Positions 19,301-28,594 are shown, counted from the first letter of the stretch. The stretch is DNA of 56,156 nt from a virus (IMGVR_UViG_3300045932_000155:1-56156); one strand, 5' to 3'. Made by a program: numbers and translations. Notes: a model not told the origin generated them from the letters alone.

Positions 19301-20037
19301 CCCGCTTCGGCTGGTATCTCGACATGCCCGCGCAGGCCTCGCAGGGCTTTGGCCCCACGGTCATGGGCTCCATCGTGGCCGAGGCCGTGGCGATCACCGG
19401 CACCGGCATCCCGATCCAGATGTCGGCGTGGGCCAACACGAACCCGGGCACGCCGGTCTACCAGACAATCAACGGCCGTTACTATCGGCGTTTCAACGCC
19501 GGGCCGACGATCAACACGACCAGCTACGTCAACAACGGCACGGCCTTCTCGACCTCGCTGTGGGACCGTCCCTTCGACGCCGTGGCCCGCATTGCGGTGG
19601 CCGACATCTCTTCGGTCCGGATCTTCTTCGCCATCAGCACGGTGGCGCTGACCGATTCGCAGACTATCGTTTCGCCTGCTACGCCCGGATGGTATACGGC
19701 TATCGCCTACCGTTCGGACGGCGGAGAGGGCGCGTGGGTGGGCCTGACGAAGAATGGAGCCAACAACCTGAGCACGACCAGCGGGCTGGCGACCATCGTC
19801 GGCGGTTCCTCGGACCTTCCGGCGGAGGCCATCCTGCGTATCCGTTGGATTCCGGCCTCCGGAGATACGCCAAGCACGGTCTACTTCAGCATCAACGACG
19901 GCCCGGAGACGGCCGAAACGAACAACGTGCCCGAGGGGGAACCCTCGGTGCCTGCGATCTACTTCGGTGGCACGAACAAGGTCGGGGTGAATCGGTTCTT
20001 CTATCACAAGTCACTGCTCATCGCAGTAGGGGAGTAA
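16360..20037 (+). CDS. Tail tip/hub protein with two N-terminal IPT/TIG domains, internal FN3-like repeats and a C-terminal lectin-like region
   Basis: VYSVDPNS...GGVSVTISG..F and ITGVEPPFGPFGGGTDVVIVG.NF (IPT); WYVDYDKDMHFF and QLRNRVTILG (tail hub); YSNGVES.LGP and YQDGTES.PSP repeats. Confidence 0.75.
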   Translation: MAFKPPFFPAAAPTPSNHWAETGPVVYSVDPNSSYLAGGVSVTISGIRFANHQDGSAPEVLIGGVAATSVVVVSATEITCVVPAATEAGAVDVTVTTYGGSHTLVDGFIYYEAVITGVEPPFGPFGGGTDVVIVGFNFVDGSTVFFGDDAATNVVFIDSSHIACTTPSHAEGFVDVRVVDPDDNEATLRNGFKYTLLVRGEDFRRMPGVGIRDALNNAPNTATFSVDGESQEPLPGEEIEITDPEDGDRVLFRGIIQSVDQAYEGQTNQLVWNCMATDFTWLLNKYRPSGKYVNVSASTVVIDLMAKFAPGFTVEHVQTNLAPVSAEFDGTMDLMTCLSEIARSIGGGHWYVDYDKDMHFFHVPPPEGVVTVPTSPGPGTPITLTEDGPIEYLASFTTGYYYVRSTFLYSNGVESRLGPISAIVPFTGTNYMQMDDIPLGTDPGGGITCVGRRIYFGRGTFPMIRGWRINDNTTTSITVFPGGIVAAPIVYEGSQGAIITPPVTPPTPAPITAPVVGIVTYDDPFLNPSGTNFPPPNVQTGSNGNWVFQASAVYQDGTESLPSPFSNSVYLGQTPLPSGTGPGLSTTLNFPTFLSLPLFPDINGVSPAYYKIYAKKLPPTGSGGIIVDDPAVFIPHFWCNMPYGSTGEPDNTEIDYGDRPRFTGDTPSLIWPNPDGPYLEDTDPPEDIDHNSTLLIRDQPITSTKDQSQLRNRVTILGMGTSVTEDAAPGDSQLQVSDCSIFGEAGGEIIVNGKVLIYFAPGTNEPGPGAVFLTQAITDAIPAGSSVRFYMQINDFASQEAMGKVELDADGNPTDGVHEVVIKDDSLYLPQQLYMRANAELELFSKPIITVRYSTRDPKSKSGQRVNINLTNPPISGTFLIQDVSIDQIHDESDLVLPRYNVTASSVRFDLEDLLMQIGKETIGSGGAAVSTGLVGVGSIGGSGGLLRGDVHPQGVFEAPVGTTYIRSNGVRYYKQGGGETRFGWYLDMPAQASQGFGPTVMGSIVAEAVAITGTGIPIQMSAWANTNPGTPVYQTINGRYYRRFNAGPTINTTSYVNNGTAFSTSLWDRPFDAVARIAVADISSVRIFFAISTVALTDSQTIVSPATPGWYTAIAYRSDGGEGAWVGLTKNGANNLSTTSGLATIVGGSSDLPAEAILRIRWIPASGDTPSTVYFSINDGPETAETNNVPEGEPSVPAIYFGGTNKVGVNRFFYHKSLLIAVGE

Positions 20038-20038
20038 C

Positions 20039-20299
20039 ATGGCGCGGAAAAAGGGCACGACCACGGCAACGTTCGATCTGCAGAGCTTCCTGCAGGATAT
20101 GCGGGAGGAGCAGCGGGGTTCTCACAGAGAACTCAGCGAGAAGATCGACAAGGTTGGAGGCACCGTGGCCGAACACGACAGGCGCATCACGGTCGTCGAG
20201 GGCACCCGCAAGACCGTCCGGTGGCTCGGCATGACTTTCGGCGCGGCGCTGATCGCGTTCCTCTTTCACCTGATCTCGACGCTCTATATCGGCGGGTGA
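20039..20299 (+). CDS. Coiled-coil plus single TM protein (holin/XhlA-like)
   Basis: EHDRRITVVE followed by a hydrophobic C-terminal segment; start of the lysis region. Confidence 0.5.
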   Translation: MARKKGTTTATFDLQSFLQDMREEQRGSHRELSEKIDKVGGTVAEHDRRITVVEGTRKTVRWLGMTFGAALIAFLFHLISTLYIGG

Positions 20300-20685
20300 A
20301 GCTCGTCCGCCAGCGTGCCGCCTCCGACTGCGGCATCGCGTGCTTGGCCATGCTGATGGGCAAGACCTACGCGCAGGCGGCCTCCGTGATGGCCTCAGTG
20401 GCTCCACGGGCCCGCACCGAGGGCGTTTACGTGCGGGAGTTCGCCACGGCCGCCCGGCGGGCCGGTATCCGGCTGCGCCGGTCCCGCACGCGGCTGACGA
20501 GCAAGGCCGTCGTCACGGTGCTGTGGTCCGGCCGCCGGGCCAAGGAGAACCCCGGCGGGCACCTCGTCGTGATCGACAACGGTTATGTCTACTGCCCGAA
20601 GGAAGGCGTCTCGCTCGGCTTGACGGATTACCTGAAGAAATGGCACGGGAGGACGGGAACTTTCCTCGGCGTGATCGGCAGTTAG
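20296..20685 (+). CDS. Peptidase C39-like cysteine peptidase
   Basis: VRQ...SDCGIACLAM and GHLVVID motifs; GTG start overlaps the upstream stop. Confidence 0.75.
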   Translation: MKLVRQRAASDCGIACLAMLMGKTYAQAASVMASVAPRARTEGVYVREFATAARRAGIRLRRSRTRLTSKAVVTVLWSGRRAKENPGGHLVVIDNGYVYCPKEGVSLGLTDYLKKWHGRTGTFLGVIGS

Positions 20686-20703
20686 TCGTATGATGGAGGC
20701 TCG

Positions 20704-21342
20704 ATGAAGACAGTCCTCGTTTCCGGCACCCACGACTGGCGCAACGACGACACCACGACCCGGTGGTATATGCCCGGCTCCGCCTTCGTCTCCTTTCTTC
20801 GGAGCAACGGCATCGAGCCGCTCTTCGGCAGGAACCACGAGGGGGAGGCCGTGCCATTCATCTGGTCCACGAACCTCGGGGGCGTCGGGTTTGGCGATGG
20901 CGATCTGCTGGTGTGGGCCTCGGCGGGCTGGAACCTCTATTGGTTCTGCGTGCCTCCGCAGTGTCCCGAGAGGGCCGTCCCGGGCGATCAACTGAACGTG
21001 ATCACCCACAGCCATGGCATGCAGGTCGCCCTCTACGCGGCGGCCCTCGGGCTGAAGATCCACACGCTAATCACGGTGACCGGGCCCCCGCGCAAGGATA
21101 TGCGCGACGTGACAGCCAAGGCCCGGCCGAACATCAAGCACTGGCTGCACATCCACTCCGACAACTCGGACTGGTGGCAGGTGTTTGGCACGCTGTTTGA
21201 CGGCAAGGTCGGCTCCGGGCGCAAGCACCCGAGTGCCGACGTCAACGTTCGCGTGGACGACGTGGGGCACTCCGGGCTGCTCCGGAACCCGACACAGTTC
21301 GCGCAGTGGCAGGAACAGGGATGGTTGGAGGTGCTCAAATGA
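20704..21342 (+). CDS. Alpha/beta hydrolase (lipase/esterase-like; possible LysB analogue)
   Basis: LVSGT, NVITHSHG nucleophile elbow, SDWWQ and VGHSGLL. Confidence 0.7.
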   Translation: MKTVLVSGTHDWRNDDTTTRWYMPGSAFVSFLRSNGIEPLFGRNHEGEAVPFIWSTNLGGVGFGDGDLLVWASAGWNLYWFCVPPQCPERAVPGDQLNVITHSHGMQVALYAAALGLKIHTLITVTGPPRKDMRDVTAKARPNIKHWLHIHSDNSDWWQVFGTLFDGKVGSGRKHPSADVNVRVDDVGHSGLLRNPTQFAQWQEQGWLEVLK

Positions 21343-21845
21343 AACGACGACAGCAACGTGCGGTCCATCCGGACCTCTATCAGAACAACTACGCGATCTT
21401 CATCGTGCTCGTGCTCATCGGCATGCTCCTGATGGGAGGCTGCGCCCTTCGTCGGCCGCCATCCGTGGTCGAGTTGGCCGTGTCGGTCGAAGTCACCCTC
21501 GGCCAGTTGCAGGACGAAGAGCGCAAGCTGTGCAACGTCGTGGACGCCAGCACGAAGCGTCCGGTCACGACCTGCACTCCGTTGGCCCACCAGATGGGCC
21601 TGACGACGGCGCTCCACATCGATATCTCGTTGCAGTTCTTGGCCGCCTTCGCGGCGCAGCGGGAGGTGGCGCTGGCTCTCAGCAAGGGCGACCCGTTGAA
21701 GGCGCTGGTGCCCCTCGGGCAGGCCATCCTGCGGCTCGATTCCCTGCTCACGAAGATCAACGGCGTCAAGGAGACGCAGATGATCCACGCCCTCATCGCT
21801 ACGCTCAAGGAGCGCGTCAACGCGCTCGGCAAAGGAGTCTCGTAA
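21339..21845 (+). CDS. Membrane-anchored putative lipoprotein
   Basis: Hydrophobic stretch ending LLMGGC (lipobox-like); SD GGAGG. Confidence 0.5.
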   Translation: MKRRQQRAVHPDLYQNNYAIFIVLVLIGMLLMGGCALRRPPSVVELAVSVEVTLGQLQDEERKLCNVVDASTKRPVTTCTPLAHQMGLTTALHIDISLQFLAAFAAQREVALALSKGDPLKALVPLGQAILRLDSLLTKINGVKETQMIHALIATLKERVNALGKGVS

Positions 21846-22057
21846 TGCTGACGCCCGCCGAAATCATGGTCGCAGCCGAGATCGTCAAGGCCCTCGGGAA
21901 GCTCGCCGTCGTGGGCATCCCGGCTATCTCCGGGGCCCTGCAGGCGATCTTCGGCGGCAGCAAGTCACCCGAGGAGATCGCCAAGCTGGTCCAGTGGCTG
22001 GCCTCCGATGCGACGTTCCGCATGGAGATGGCGAAGAAAGACGCAGGTCTCGCATGA
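21845..22057 (+). CDS. Small hydrophobic hypothetical protein
   Basis: TAATG-coupled start, SD AAGGAG. Confidence 0.5.
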   Translation: MLTPAEIMVAAEIVKALGKLAVVGIPAISGALQAIFGGSKSPEEIAKLVQWLASDATFRMEMAKKDAGLA

Positions 22058-23520
22058 TCCGTCTCGCACGACATTCAGTGGCATGGAACGACCGGGCCAA
22101 GTGCGGCCTCGTCGTGTTCTGCGAAGGCGACCCCGCCGTCGTATGGGCGCAATACTTCAACGTGGACGGTCAACTGCTCGGCCAGCGGTTCCGCGTGTCC
22201 ACCGAGGGGTCCTTCTGCGCGTGGGCAATGGTGGCGGCCTCCGGCTCCGATGAGTCGTTCGCTATCACCTACCTCGCGTTTGACAACGGGGCCAACACCC
22301 GGTGGCTGCGAAAGGTCAACGACGTCACCGTCTCGGAACCGATCCGTGTCGTGGACACCGGCGGGGCCAGCACTTTCACCGAACGCTGCGGCATCGTCTG
22401 GACCCCGTGGGCTTGGTTCGTGGGCACGGCTCTGATGGCCGGGGACGTGCGCGTGCCCGTCGTCGCCAAGGTCCCGCACGGCGGAGCACCCGTTCAACTC
22501 ATGGCGCTGGCCGGTGCGGACTCGTTTCGCGGCGGCCCGGTGCTGGCCTACCACGATGGCGTCGTCTGCGCCTTCGGCTTCGGACGAGCGTGGGTGCAGA
22601 TGCTCGATCCGGTCACGTTGACCACGGTTGGCGCGTTTCGAGAGCTTGACGCCTCGGGCGACAAGTGCGAGGACCACGAAGTAACGTGGACCGGGAAGGC
22701 GTTCCTTTGCCACTGGTCGCGCCCGGGCCTTCGGGTCCTCCGCGAAGTGACGCGCACGGCGACGGGCGACCCGATCATCACCCCGTCCGAGGGCACGAAT
22801 ACCCTCGCCTGCCACCCGGCCCTCGGCCGCACCCTGATCGTGGGTAAGGGCGAGGAGGCCTCGCTGGCGGCCGAACAGTGGCCCACGGCGGCCCCGGGGG
22901 CCCGGGATACCCTCCGGCTGGCCCTGTGGGACGGCCGGGTGCCGGAATACGCCCAGTCCATTTGTGTAATCCCCGGGGGGTGGGTGGTGGCCGCCGATTA
23001 CAGCCCGCAGGCCGGGGGTGGCCGCCTGCTGCCCGTCAGGGGCGGGGACCAGCCGCTCCGGGCCCTCAACCCCGAGGTGCCCCTGCCGGGCCCGCAGCCG
23101 CCCGCCGACCCGCCCAAGCCGCCCAAGCCGGGCCCGACCCCGATTCCCCCGGCCGAACCCGCTCCACCGAAGATCACGGCCGTGCTGGCCAGCACCGGCG
23201 GCGGGGACGCCCCGCTCTCGGTGCAGTTCCAAGCGGTCATCTCCGGCGGGGAGACGGTGGGGGTGACATGGAAGCGCTGGTTGGACCCCTCGCGCACCGT
23301 TCCCGAGGGGACGCTGCCGTCCTCGGAGCGGCCGGTATTCGTGCTGGCCGAACCGGGCCTCTGGTCAGTGTCCGCAACGGTGGACGATGTCGGAGGAGAG
23401 ACCACCGTTGTGGCCACGGTCATCGTCACCAAACACGCAGAGAAACCGGCTCCACCTCCGGCCCCCGATTGGCGTAAGATCCTCGGAGGCCTGTTCCGCA
23501 AGCTGCTGAGGCGCTCATGA
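22054..23520 (+). CDS. Hypothetical protein: beta-rich N-terminus, Pro-rich linker, PKD-like domain, amphipathic C-terminal helix
   Basis: GDAPLSVQFQA...W...PGLWSVSATV (PKD-like); C-terminal DWRKILGGLFRKLLRRS. Confidence 0.55.
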   Translation: MIRLARHSVAWNDRAKCGLVVFCEGDPAVVWAQYFNVDGQLLGQRFRVSTEGSFCAWAMVAASGSDESFAITYLAFDNGANTRWLRKVNDVTVSEPIRVVDTGGASTFTERCGIVWTPWAWFVGTALMAGDVRVPVVAKVPHGGAPVQLMALAGADSFRGGPVLAYHDGVVCAFGFGRAWVQMLDPVTLTTVGAFRELDASGDKCEDHEVTWTGKAFLCHWSRPGLRVLREVTRTATGDPIITPSEGTNTLACHPALGRTLIVGKGEEASLAAEQWPTAAPGARDTLRLALWDGRVPEYAQSICVIPGGWVVAADYSPQAGGGRLLPVRGGDQPLRALNPEVPLPGPQPPADPPKPPKPGPTPIPPAEPAPPKITAVLASTGGGDAPLSVQFQAVISGGETVGVTWKRWLDPSRTVPEGTLPSSERPVFVLAEPGLWSVSATVDDVGGETTVVATVIVTKHAEKPAPPPAPDWRKILGGLFRKLLRRS

Positions 23521-24020
23521 ACGTCACCCGAATGGTCGATCAACTGATCCTGCACGAGGGCTACCGGATGAAGCCTTACCTCGATACGGAGGGCTTCCTG
23601 ACGGTGGGCGTCGGCTACAACCTGTCCGCCCGGGGCGTGGACTTCATCAACCGCACCATCGGCACGCGCTTTGCAACACCGCAGGAGGTGCGGCTCTCCC
23701 GGGAGCAGGCCGTCTCGGTGCTCAAGGCGGACATCGCCCGCATCGAGAAGGCCATCCCGGGCCTGCTGCCGGAATACACTGCGCTCGACGAGGTGCGCCA
23801 GCGGGTCGTCGTGGACATGGCGTTCAACCTCGGGCGCATGAGGGCGCTCGGGTTCAAGAAGGCCATTGCGGCTCTCAAGGTCCGCAACTGGAGCGCCTGC
23901 GCCAAGGAACTCTACGCCTCGAAGTGGGCCGACCAAGTCGGGGATGGCCCGGGCCAGAAGTATGACCGCGCCGATCGTCTCGCGGACATGATCCTGACGG
24001 GCAACGACTACACGAAGTGA
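23517..24020 (+). CDS. Endolysin, T4-lysozyme-like glycoside hydrolase
   Basis: HEG.R.KPYLDTEG.LTVGVG (E-x8-D-x5-T), VVDMAFNLG, SKWADQVG. Confidence 0.9.
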   Translation: MNVTRMVDQLILHEGYRMKPYLDTEGFLTVGVGYNLSARGVDFINRTIGTRFATPQEVRLSREQAVSVLKADIARIEKAIPGLLPEYTALDEVRQRVVVDMAFNLGRMRALGFKKAIAALKVRNWSACAKELYASKWADQVGDGPGQKYDRADRLADMILTGNDYTK

Positions 24021-24037
24021 CATAGGAGTCAACATCG

Positions 24038-25168
24038 ATGAATATCCGAGAGGCCATCAAGAAGTATGGCAGCCAGCGGAAGGCTGCTGCCGCACTGGGC
24101 ATCACGCGGAACGCCCTCCAGTGGCGGCTCCAGAAGGAACAACTCGCCAACCCGACCCCGCAGGAACCCGGTCCCGAGGACGTGCAGGCCGACATCCAGC
24201 AGGCCGCCGACCGATCCTCGCAGCACACGCTGAAGCGGAAGTATGAAGAGGCCCTCAAGATCATCGAGCGGCAGACCCGGGTCATCGGCGCGTTCGACGT
24301 CCTCGGGTCCGCCATCGATCCGGTTCGGATCGAGCCCCGGCTCGGCACCTCCAAGAACGAAGGCACCGTGGTGTGGGTGGCCTCCGATTGGCACGTGGAG
24401 GAGAACGTCGGCCCCGAGATCGGCGGCCTGAACACCTACAACGTCGAGATCGCGCAGGCCCGGGCCACGAAGTTCTTCAGGAGCGGCCTGCGGCTGACCA
24501 ACCTGCTCCGGCAGGACATCGAGATCCGGACCATCGTGCTGGCGCTCCTCGGGGACTTCATCACGAACCACATCCACGGCGCGGAAAACGCCGAGATGAA
24601 CGAACTGCAGCCCGCGCACGCCCTCGTGGCCGCGCAGAACATGATCATCGGCGGCATTGAGTTCATCCTGCGGGAGTCGGACTATGAGATCGTGCTCCCG
24701 TGCCACTCGGGCAACCACGGACGGACGACGCAGACCACGCGCTTCGGCGCGGAGAACGGGCACTCGCTGGAATACCTCATGTATCTCCATCTGGCCGCCT
24801 ACTTCCGCAACGAGCCCCGCGTGAAGTTCATCATCCCGGACGGCATGCACTCCTACCTCGACGTCTACGAGACGACGATCCGGTTCCACCACGGGCACGC
24901 CGTGAAGTATCAGGGAGGCGTCGGGGGCATCTACATTCCGGTCAACAAGGCCATCGCGCAGTGGAACAAGGGCCGCCATGCGGACCTCGACGTGTTCGGG
25001 CACTTCCACCAGATGCGCGACGGCGGCAACTTCATCTGCAACGGGTCCATGATCGGCTACAACGCGTTCGCCCTGTCGATCAAGGCGGATTACGAACCGC
25101 CGAAGCAGGCGCTGTTCCTGCTCGACAAGAAGCGCGGGCGCACCTGCACGTGGCCCATCCTCTTCTAG
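24038..25168 (+). CDS. HTH-fused calcineurin-like metallophosphoesterase
   Basis: N-terminal SQRKAAAALGITRNAL; SDWH, LGD, GNHGR, HHGH, GHFH motifs. Confidence 0.85.
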   Translation: MNIREAIKKYGSQRKAAAALGITRNALQWRLQKEQLANPTPQEPGPEDVQADIQQAADRSSQHTLKRKYEEALKIIERQTRVIGAFDVLGSAIDPVRIEPRLGTSKNEGTVVWVASDWHVEENVGPEIGGLNTYNVEIAQARATKFFRSGLRLTNLLRQDIEIRTIVLALLGDFITNHIHGAENAEMNELQPAHALVAAQNMIIGGIEFILRESDYEIVLPCHSGNHGRTTQTTRFGAENGHSLEYLMYLHLAAYFRNEPRVKFIIPDGMHSYLDVYETTIRFHHGHAVKYQGGVGGIYIPVNKAIAQWNKGRHADLDVFGHFHQMRDGGNFICNGSMIGYNAFALSIKADYEPPKQALFLLDKKRGRTCTWPILF

Positions 25169-25201
25169 GCGACTCTACAAACAGAAGGAGGTGAGGGAAT
25201 A

Positions 25202-25438
25202 ATGCCGATCTATTGGGGACCCGTGGGTGGGGCACCAAGCATGCTGTTCTGGTTGCTTGGGATGATGGCGATCATCATCGTCATGGCGCTGACCGAGAGC
25301 GATGAGCCATGTCCGCCTCCGCCACCCGAGTGCCTGAACTGTGCGGACGGTTTCAAGAACAACATGAACGGAACCGACTACTGCACATACGTGGAGCAAG
25401 GCTCCGGCGGAGGAGAAGGAGGCGGCCCCGGCATCTAG
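25202..25438 (+). CDS. Small membrane protein with a Cys-rich C-terminus
   Basis: SD GGAGG; TM segment; four Cys. Confidence 0.5.
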   Translation: MPIYWGPVGGAPSMLFWLLGMMAIIIVMALTESDEPCPPPPPECLNCADGFKNNMNGTDYCTYVEQGSGGGEGGGPGI

Positions 25439-25450
25439 GGGCCAACTCGA

Positions 25451-25642
25451 ATGAGTCTTGATAAGGCGATCAAGGCGGGGAAAGAGCGGCGCAGGCCATA
25501 CTACGGGTCTGCCCGCTTCGACCCTTCGTGCCGACATCAGCGGGGAGGAACGCCCTGCCCGTGGTGCAGGCGGAACCGAAGAATTCAGACGATCCGTTCA
25601 GACGCGAAGGCACGTTCAGAATTAATGAACAAGGAGGAATGA
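25451..25642 (+). CDS. Small basic putative zinc-binding phage protein
   Basis: MSLDKAI..GKE.R.PY...D.SCRH....CPWC..NR. Confidence 0.6.
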   Translation: MSLDKAIKAGKERRRPYYGSARFDPSCRHQRGGTPCPWCRRNRRIQTIRSDAKARSELMNKEE

Positions 25643-26196
25643 TGAACGCCCCGGCGATCCGCTCGAAGATCCAGTTCCAAGAGCTATGGGAGGCGGGCGT
25701 GCTTGGCAACCGCCTCCGCACGTGGCGCGACCCGCAGGCCGCCTACGACTCGGGCGTGCCCCTCGTCGGCTTCCGTCAGCTTGGCGCGGGCGGCGGGGGC
25801 GCTTTCGAGATGGCCCAACGCCCCGACATCCTCGGGACGGCCGCCCGGTGGGCCGCCGAAGGGCGGCGTTATAGCGTCAGCGAGGCCGCGCCGGACCACA
25901 TGGGGACGATTCAGGGCGAGGTGTGCCGAGGGCTTGGGGGTTGGCACGGGCTTCTCGGGCCCGTGGTGGACGGCCGCCGGATGCGGGATTCGATCCGGGA
26001 CGGGCACCTGAAGCCGGTGTCGGGCGTGCAGGTCCTCGACCTCCTGCTCCGGTTCATGGACCCGAGTAGCCGGGATGACCTTGAGGCGCTCCTCGAAGTC
26101 TATCCCGGCCACACGGTGGAGTTCACTTGCTACGCCGTCGACCTCGGGTTCCTGCCGGGCAGGAACACGGTGTTTTGGGAAGTCCGGAACTACTGA
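25639..26196 (+). CDS. Hypothetical protein
   Basis: SD AAGGAGG before ATG 25639; last gene of the rightward unit. Confidence 0.6.
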   Translation: MMNAPAIRSKIQFQELWEAGVLGNRLRTWRDPQAAYDSGVPLVGFRQLGAGGGGAFEMAQRPDILGTAARWAAEGRRYSVSEAAPDHMGTIQGEVCRGLGGWHGLLGPVVDGRRMRDSIRDGHLKPVSGVQVLDLLLRFMDPSSRDDLEALLEVYPGHTVEFTCYAVDLGFLPGRNTVFWEVRNY

Positions 26197-26651
26197 TCCG
26201 TGTAGATCTCCGCGTCAGCCTGACTGATGTTGCAGGCCCCGAAGTGTCGATGCTTCGTGTAGCGGATGCCCTTGCCGGTCTTCCGGTAGAGCTTGTGCTT
26301 ACGCGTGCTGCCCGGATGCTTGGCCCGCCAGCCCATCGGAACTTCGATGCCGTCGTTCAGGCGGGCAACGAACGGGGTCAGCTTGTCCTTTTCTCCCCGG
26401 TCGAAGTGAACCACGGCCTTCGCTGTGCCCGGCGTCATGAAGTAACGACGACGGATCTTCTTGCTTGGCAGCGAGAATGACACTTCCCTCGTATCGCACC
26501 GGATGTATTGCGCCTCCGGAAACCGCGACATCACTGCCTGCGCGACCATACACGCGGAGGCATTCTTGAGGATGCCTTTGTCGATGTGATCCTGTCGCAC
26601 CTCCAGAACAAGTTGAGGAGCGACCTTGCCTCGCTTCTGTGTCCCATTCAT
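26190..26651 (-). CDS. Hypothetical basic protein
   Basis: SD AAGGAGG before ATG 26651. Confidence 0.6.
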   Translation of the reverse strand: MNGTQKRGKVAPQLVLEVRQDHIDKGILKNASACMVAQAVMSRFPEAQYIRCDTREVSFSLPSKKIRRRYFMTPGTAKAVVHFDRGEKDKLTPFVARLNDGIEVPMGWRAKHPGSTRKHKLYRKTGKGIRYTKHRHFGACNISQADAEIYTDQ

Positions 26652-26661
26652 ACGTTCCTCC

Positions 26662-26928
26662 TTAGAGCGGGGACCCATTCCCCGTCACGAACAATGGCAC
26701 GTTCCTCTCGTGCCGTGAAAGCGCCCGGCGACACGCCGGGCAACGCGGACAGTCCTTGACGAGTCCCTGCTTCCGCAGGGCCGCGATGGCGGCCGACCCG
26801 GCACGCTGCATCCCGAACACCGGATGCCGAATGTCGAGATGCTTGGCGACCTGCACGCTAGTCGTGCCCGGGTTGTCCCGGATGAACTCGTAAGCCTTCT
26901 TCAGGTTTCCTCTCACAGGCCCTCCCAT
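26662..26928 (-). CDS. Small winged-HTH-like protein with CxxCxxC
   Basis: AYEFIRDNPG.TS.QVAKHL...LRKQGLV; CPRCPAC. Confidence 0.55.
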   Translation of the reverse strand: MGGPVRGNLKKAYEFIRDNPGTTSVQVAKHLDIRHPVFGMQRAGSAAIAALRKQGLVKDCPRCPACRRALSRHERNVPLFVTGNGSPL

Positions 26929-27137
26929 ACGACTCCTCCTTCTTCAAAAGACCCACCCGGCATCGCCGTGTAGACCACGCTGGCCACCTGAGTGGCCCCG
27001 CGAGGCGTGGTTTCCCACGGGCCGGTCAGCACCCAGTCGTCGGGGGCGCTGACGGACAGGATGAGCGGCCTGCCGGGCAACTCCCGGCAGGCTTGTTCGA
27101 CGTCCCGGACGATCCGTGCGGGGATCAAGCGACCCAT
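26913..27137 (-). CDS. Hypothetical protein
   Basis: SD AAGGAG; overlaps the helicase stop. Confidence 0.45.
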   Translation of the reverse strand: MGRLIPARIVRDVEQACRELPGRPLILSVSAPDDWVLTGPWETTPRGATQVASVVYTAMPGGSFEEGGVVWEGL

Positions 27138-28594
27138 ACAAGCTCCTTCTTGGCGCGGGTGATGGCCACGTAGGCGATGTTCTGCTCCTCGTTGACCGTG
27201 GTGGACTCGCTGTGGCGCAGGGTGCTGGCCAGCACGAACACCCGTTCGGCCTCCAGCCCCTTGGCCCGGTGAACGCTGCTGCAGGTGATCACGCCCGCCT
27301 GCCCGAGGCCGTCGTCCGTGAAGAGGGCGTCGATCCGCGCCTCGACATCGCTCACGCTGCGGGCGGCCTCCCCGAGGTTGACCAGCATCGCGGCCTGATC
27401 CGCAATCGCGTCGGCCTTGTCCTGCCGCCCGGCGCGGGCCATCTTCTCGCCCTCGCGGTTGGCCCAGTTCTGGATCTTCTCCATCAGGGCCGGGAGGCTG
27501 GAGGCCGCCGGGCCCTTGGCGAGGCGGCGCAGGAGGGCCTTGAGGCCCGCGCCGATGTCGCGCCCGGCCACCCGGGCCCGCTTGCCCTCGCGCAGGAGGG
27601 TCATCGCGGTCTCGACCAGCGGCGCGTTCACCCGGCTCAGGAGGAAGTCGCCCGGCTGGATCGTCTCGACCAGCTTCTGCATCGGCAGGTCCGTGATCCC
27701 GCCCTCGGCGTTCGCGGGCCCGGCTTCGAAGTCCGGCACCAGCTTCTTGGCCTCGTCGACGATCACCCGGCCGCAGCGGTAGGTCACCGTGAGGCCAAGC
27801 TCCGTGGCGTTCAGTTCCGTCTTGAGGCGGTCGAGGCTACCCGAGTCCGCGCCCCGGAACCCGTAGATCGCCTGCCGGTCGTCGCCCACCACCGCGAGGC
27901 GACCCTTGCAGATCCCCCGGGCGATCATCAGTTGCGCGACCGTCATGTCCTGCGCCTCGTCGACGACCACCAAGTCGTAAACCGGGTTCACCCACTTGTT
28001 CCGAACCGGCAGGAAGATCATGTCCGCGAAGTCGATGCCGGTCTTGACCGGCTTCTCGGCGGCGGCCAGCACCATCGCCTTGTAGGCGGCGGCGCACACG
28101 AAGCGCAGGTCGTAGCGGCTGCCCGCCCACCGCTCGTCGGGGACGCATTCGAAGGTGACCGCGAGGTCTTCGAGGTCGGCCGCGCCCGTGGCCAGCGGCT
28201 TGATCTCGCGGGCCTTGCTGTGGAGCTTGGTGACGAGGCGCTTGATCGCATCCGGGTCCGTCTGCGCCGTCACGCGGGCCGTCAGATCGTCGGCCCGGTC
28301 GGTGTTCTTGGACACCCGCAGGCCCTCCCAATACTTCATCACGATGCTGAACCCGATGGAGTGCAGCGTCTTGGCGGCGGCGTTCGGGCTGGTCAGGCGC
28401 GAGGTGAGTTCCTCGGCAATGCGCTTATTGAAAGCGCAGAGGAGGATGCTGGCGTCGGGGGCGCGGTTCACGCCCTCGATGATCGTGGTGGTTTTGCCCG
28501 TCCCGGCGCGGGCACGGACGATGAGGTTCGAATCGTTGGGCTGCTCGAACCAACCGAAGATCGCGTTCTGCTGGCTGCTCCACTGCTTGCTCAT
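27125..28594 (-). CDS. uvrD: Compact UvrD/REP-family (SF1) helicase
   Basis: ARAGTGKTT, AFN, TLHS, VDEAQD, VGDDRQAIYGFRG, TYRC, HRAKGLE, YVAITRAK; SD GGAGG. Confidence 0.9.
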   Translation of the reverse strand: MSKQWSSQQNAIFGWFEQPNDSNLIVRARAGTGKTTTIIEGVNRAPDASILLCAFNKRIAEELTSRLTSPNAAAKTLHSIGFSIVMKYWEGLRVSKNTDRADDLTARVTAQTDPDAIKRLVTKLHSKAREIKPLATGAADLEDLAVTFECVPDERWAGSRYDLRFVCAAAYKAMVLAAAEKPVKTGIDFADMIFLPVRNKWVNPVYDLVVVDEAQDMTVAQLMIARGICKGRLAVVGDDRQAIYGFRGADSGSLDRLKTELNATELGLTVTYRCGRVIVDEAKKLVPDFEAGPANAEGGITDLPMQKLVETIQPGDFLLSRVNAPLVETAMTLLREGKRARVAGRDIGAGLKALLRRLAKGPAASSLPALMEKIQNWANREGEKMARAGRQDKADAIADQAAMLVNLGEAARSVSDVEARIDALFTDDGLGQAGVITCSSVHRAKGLEAERVFVLASTLRHSESTTVNEEQNIAYVAITRAKKELVWVA

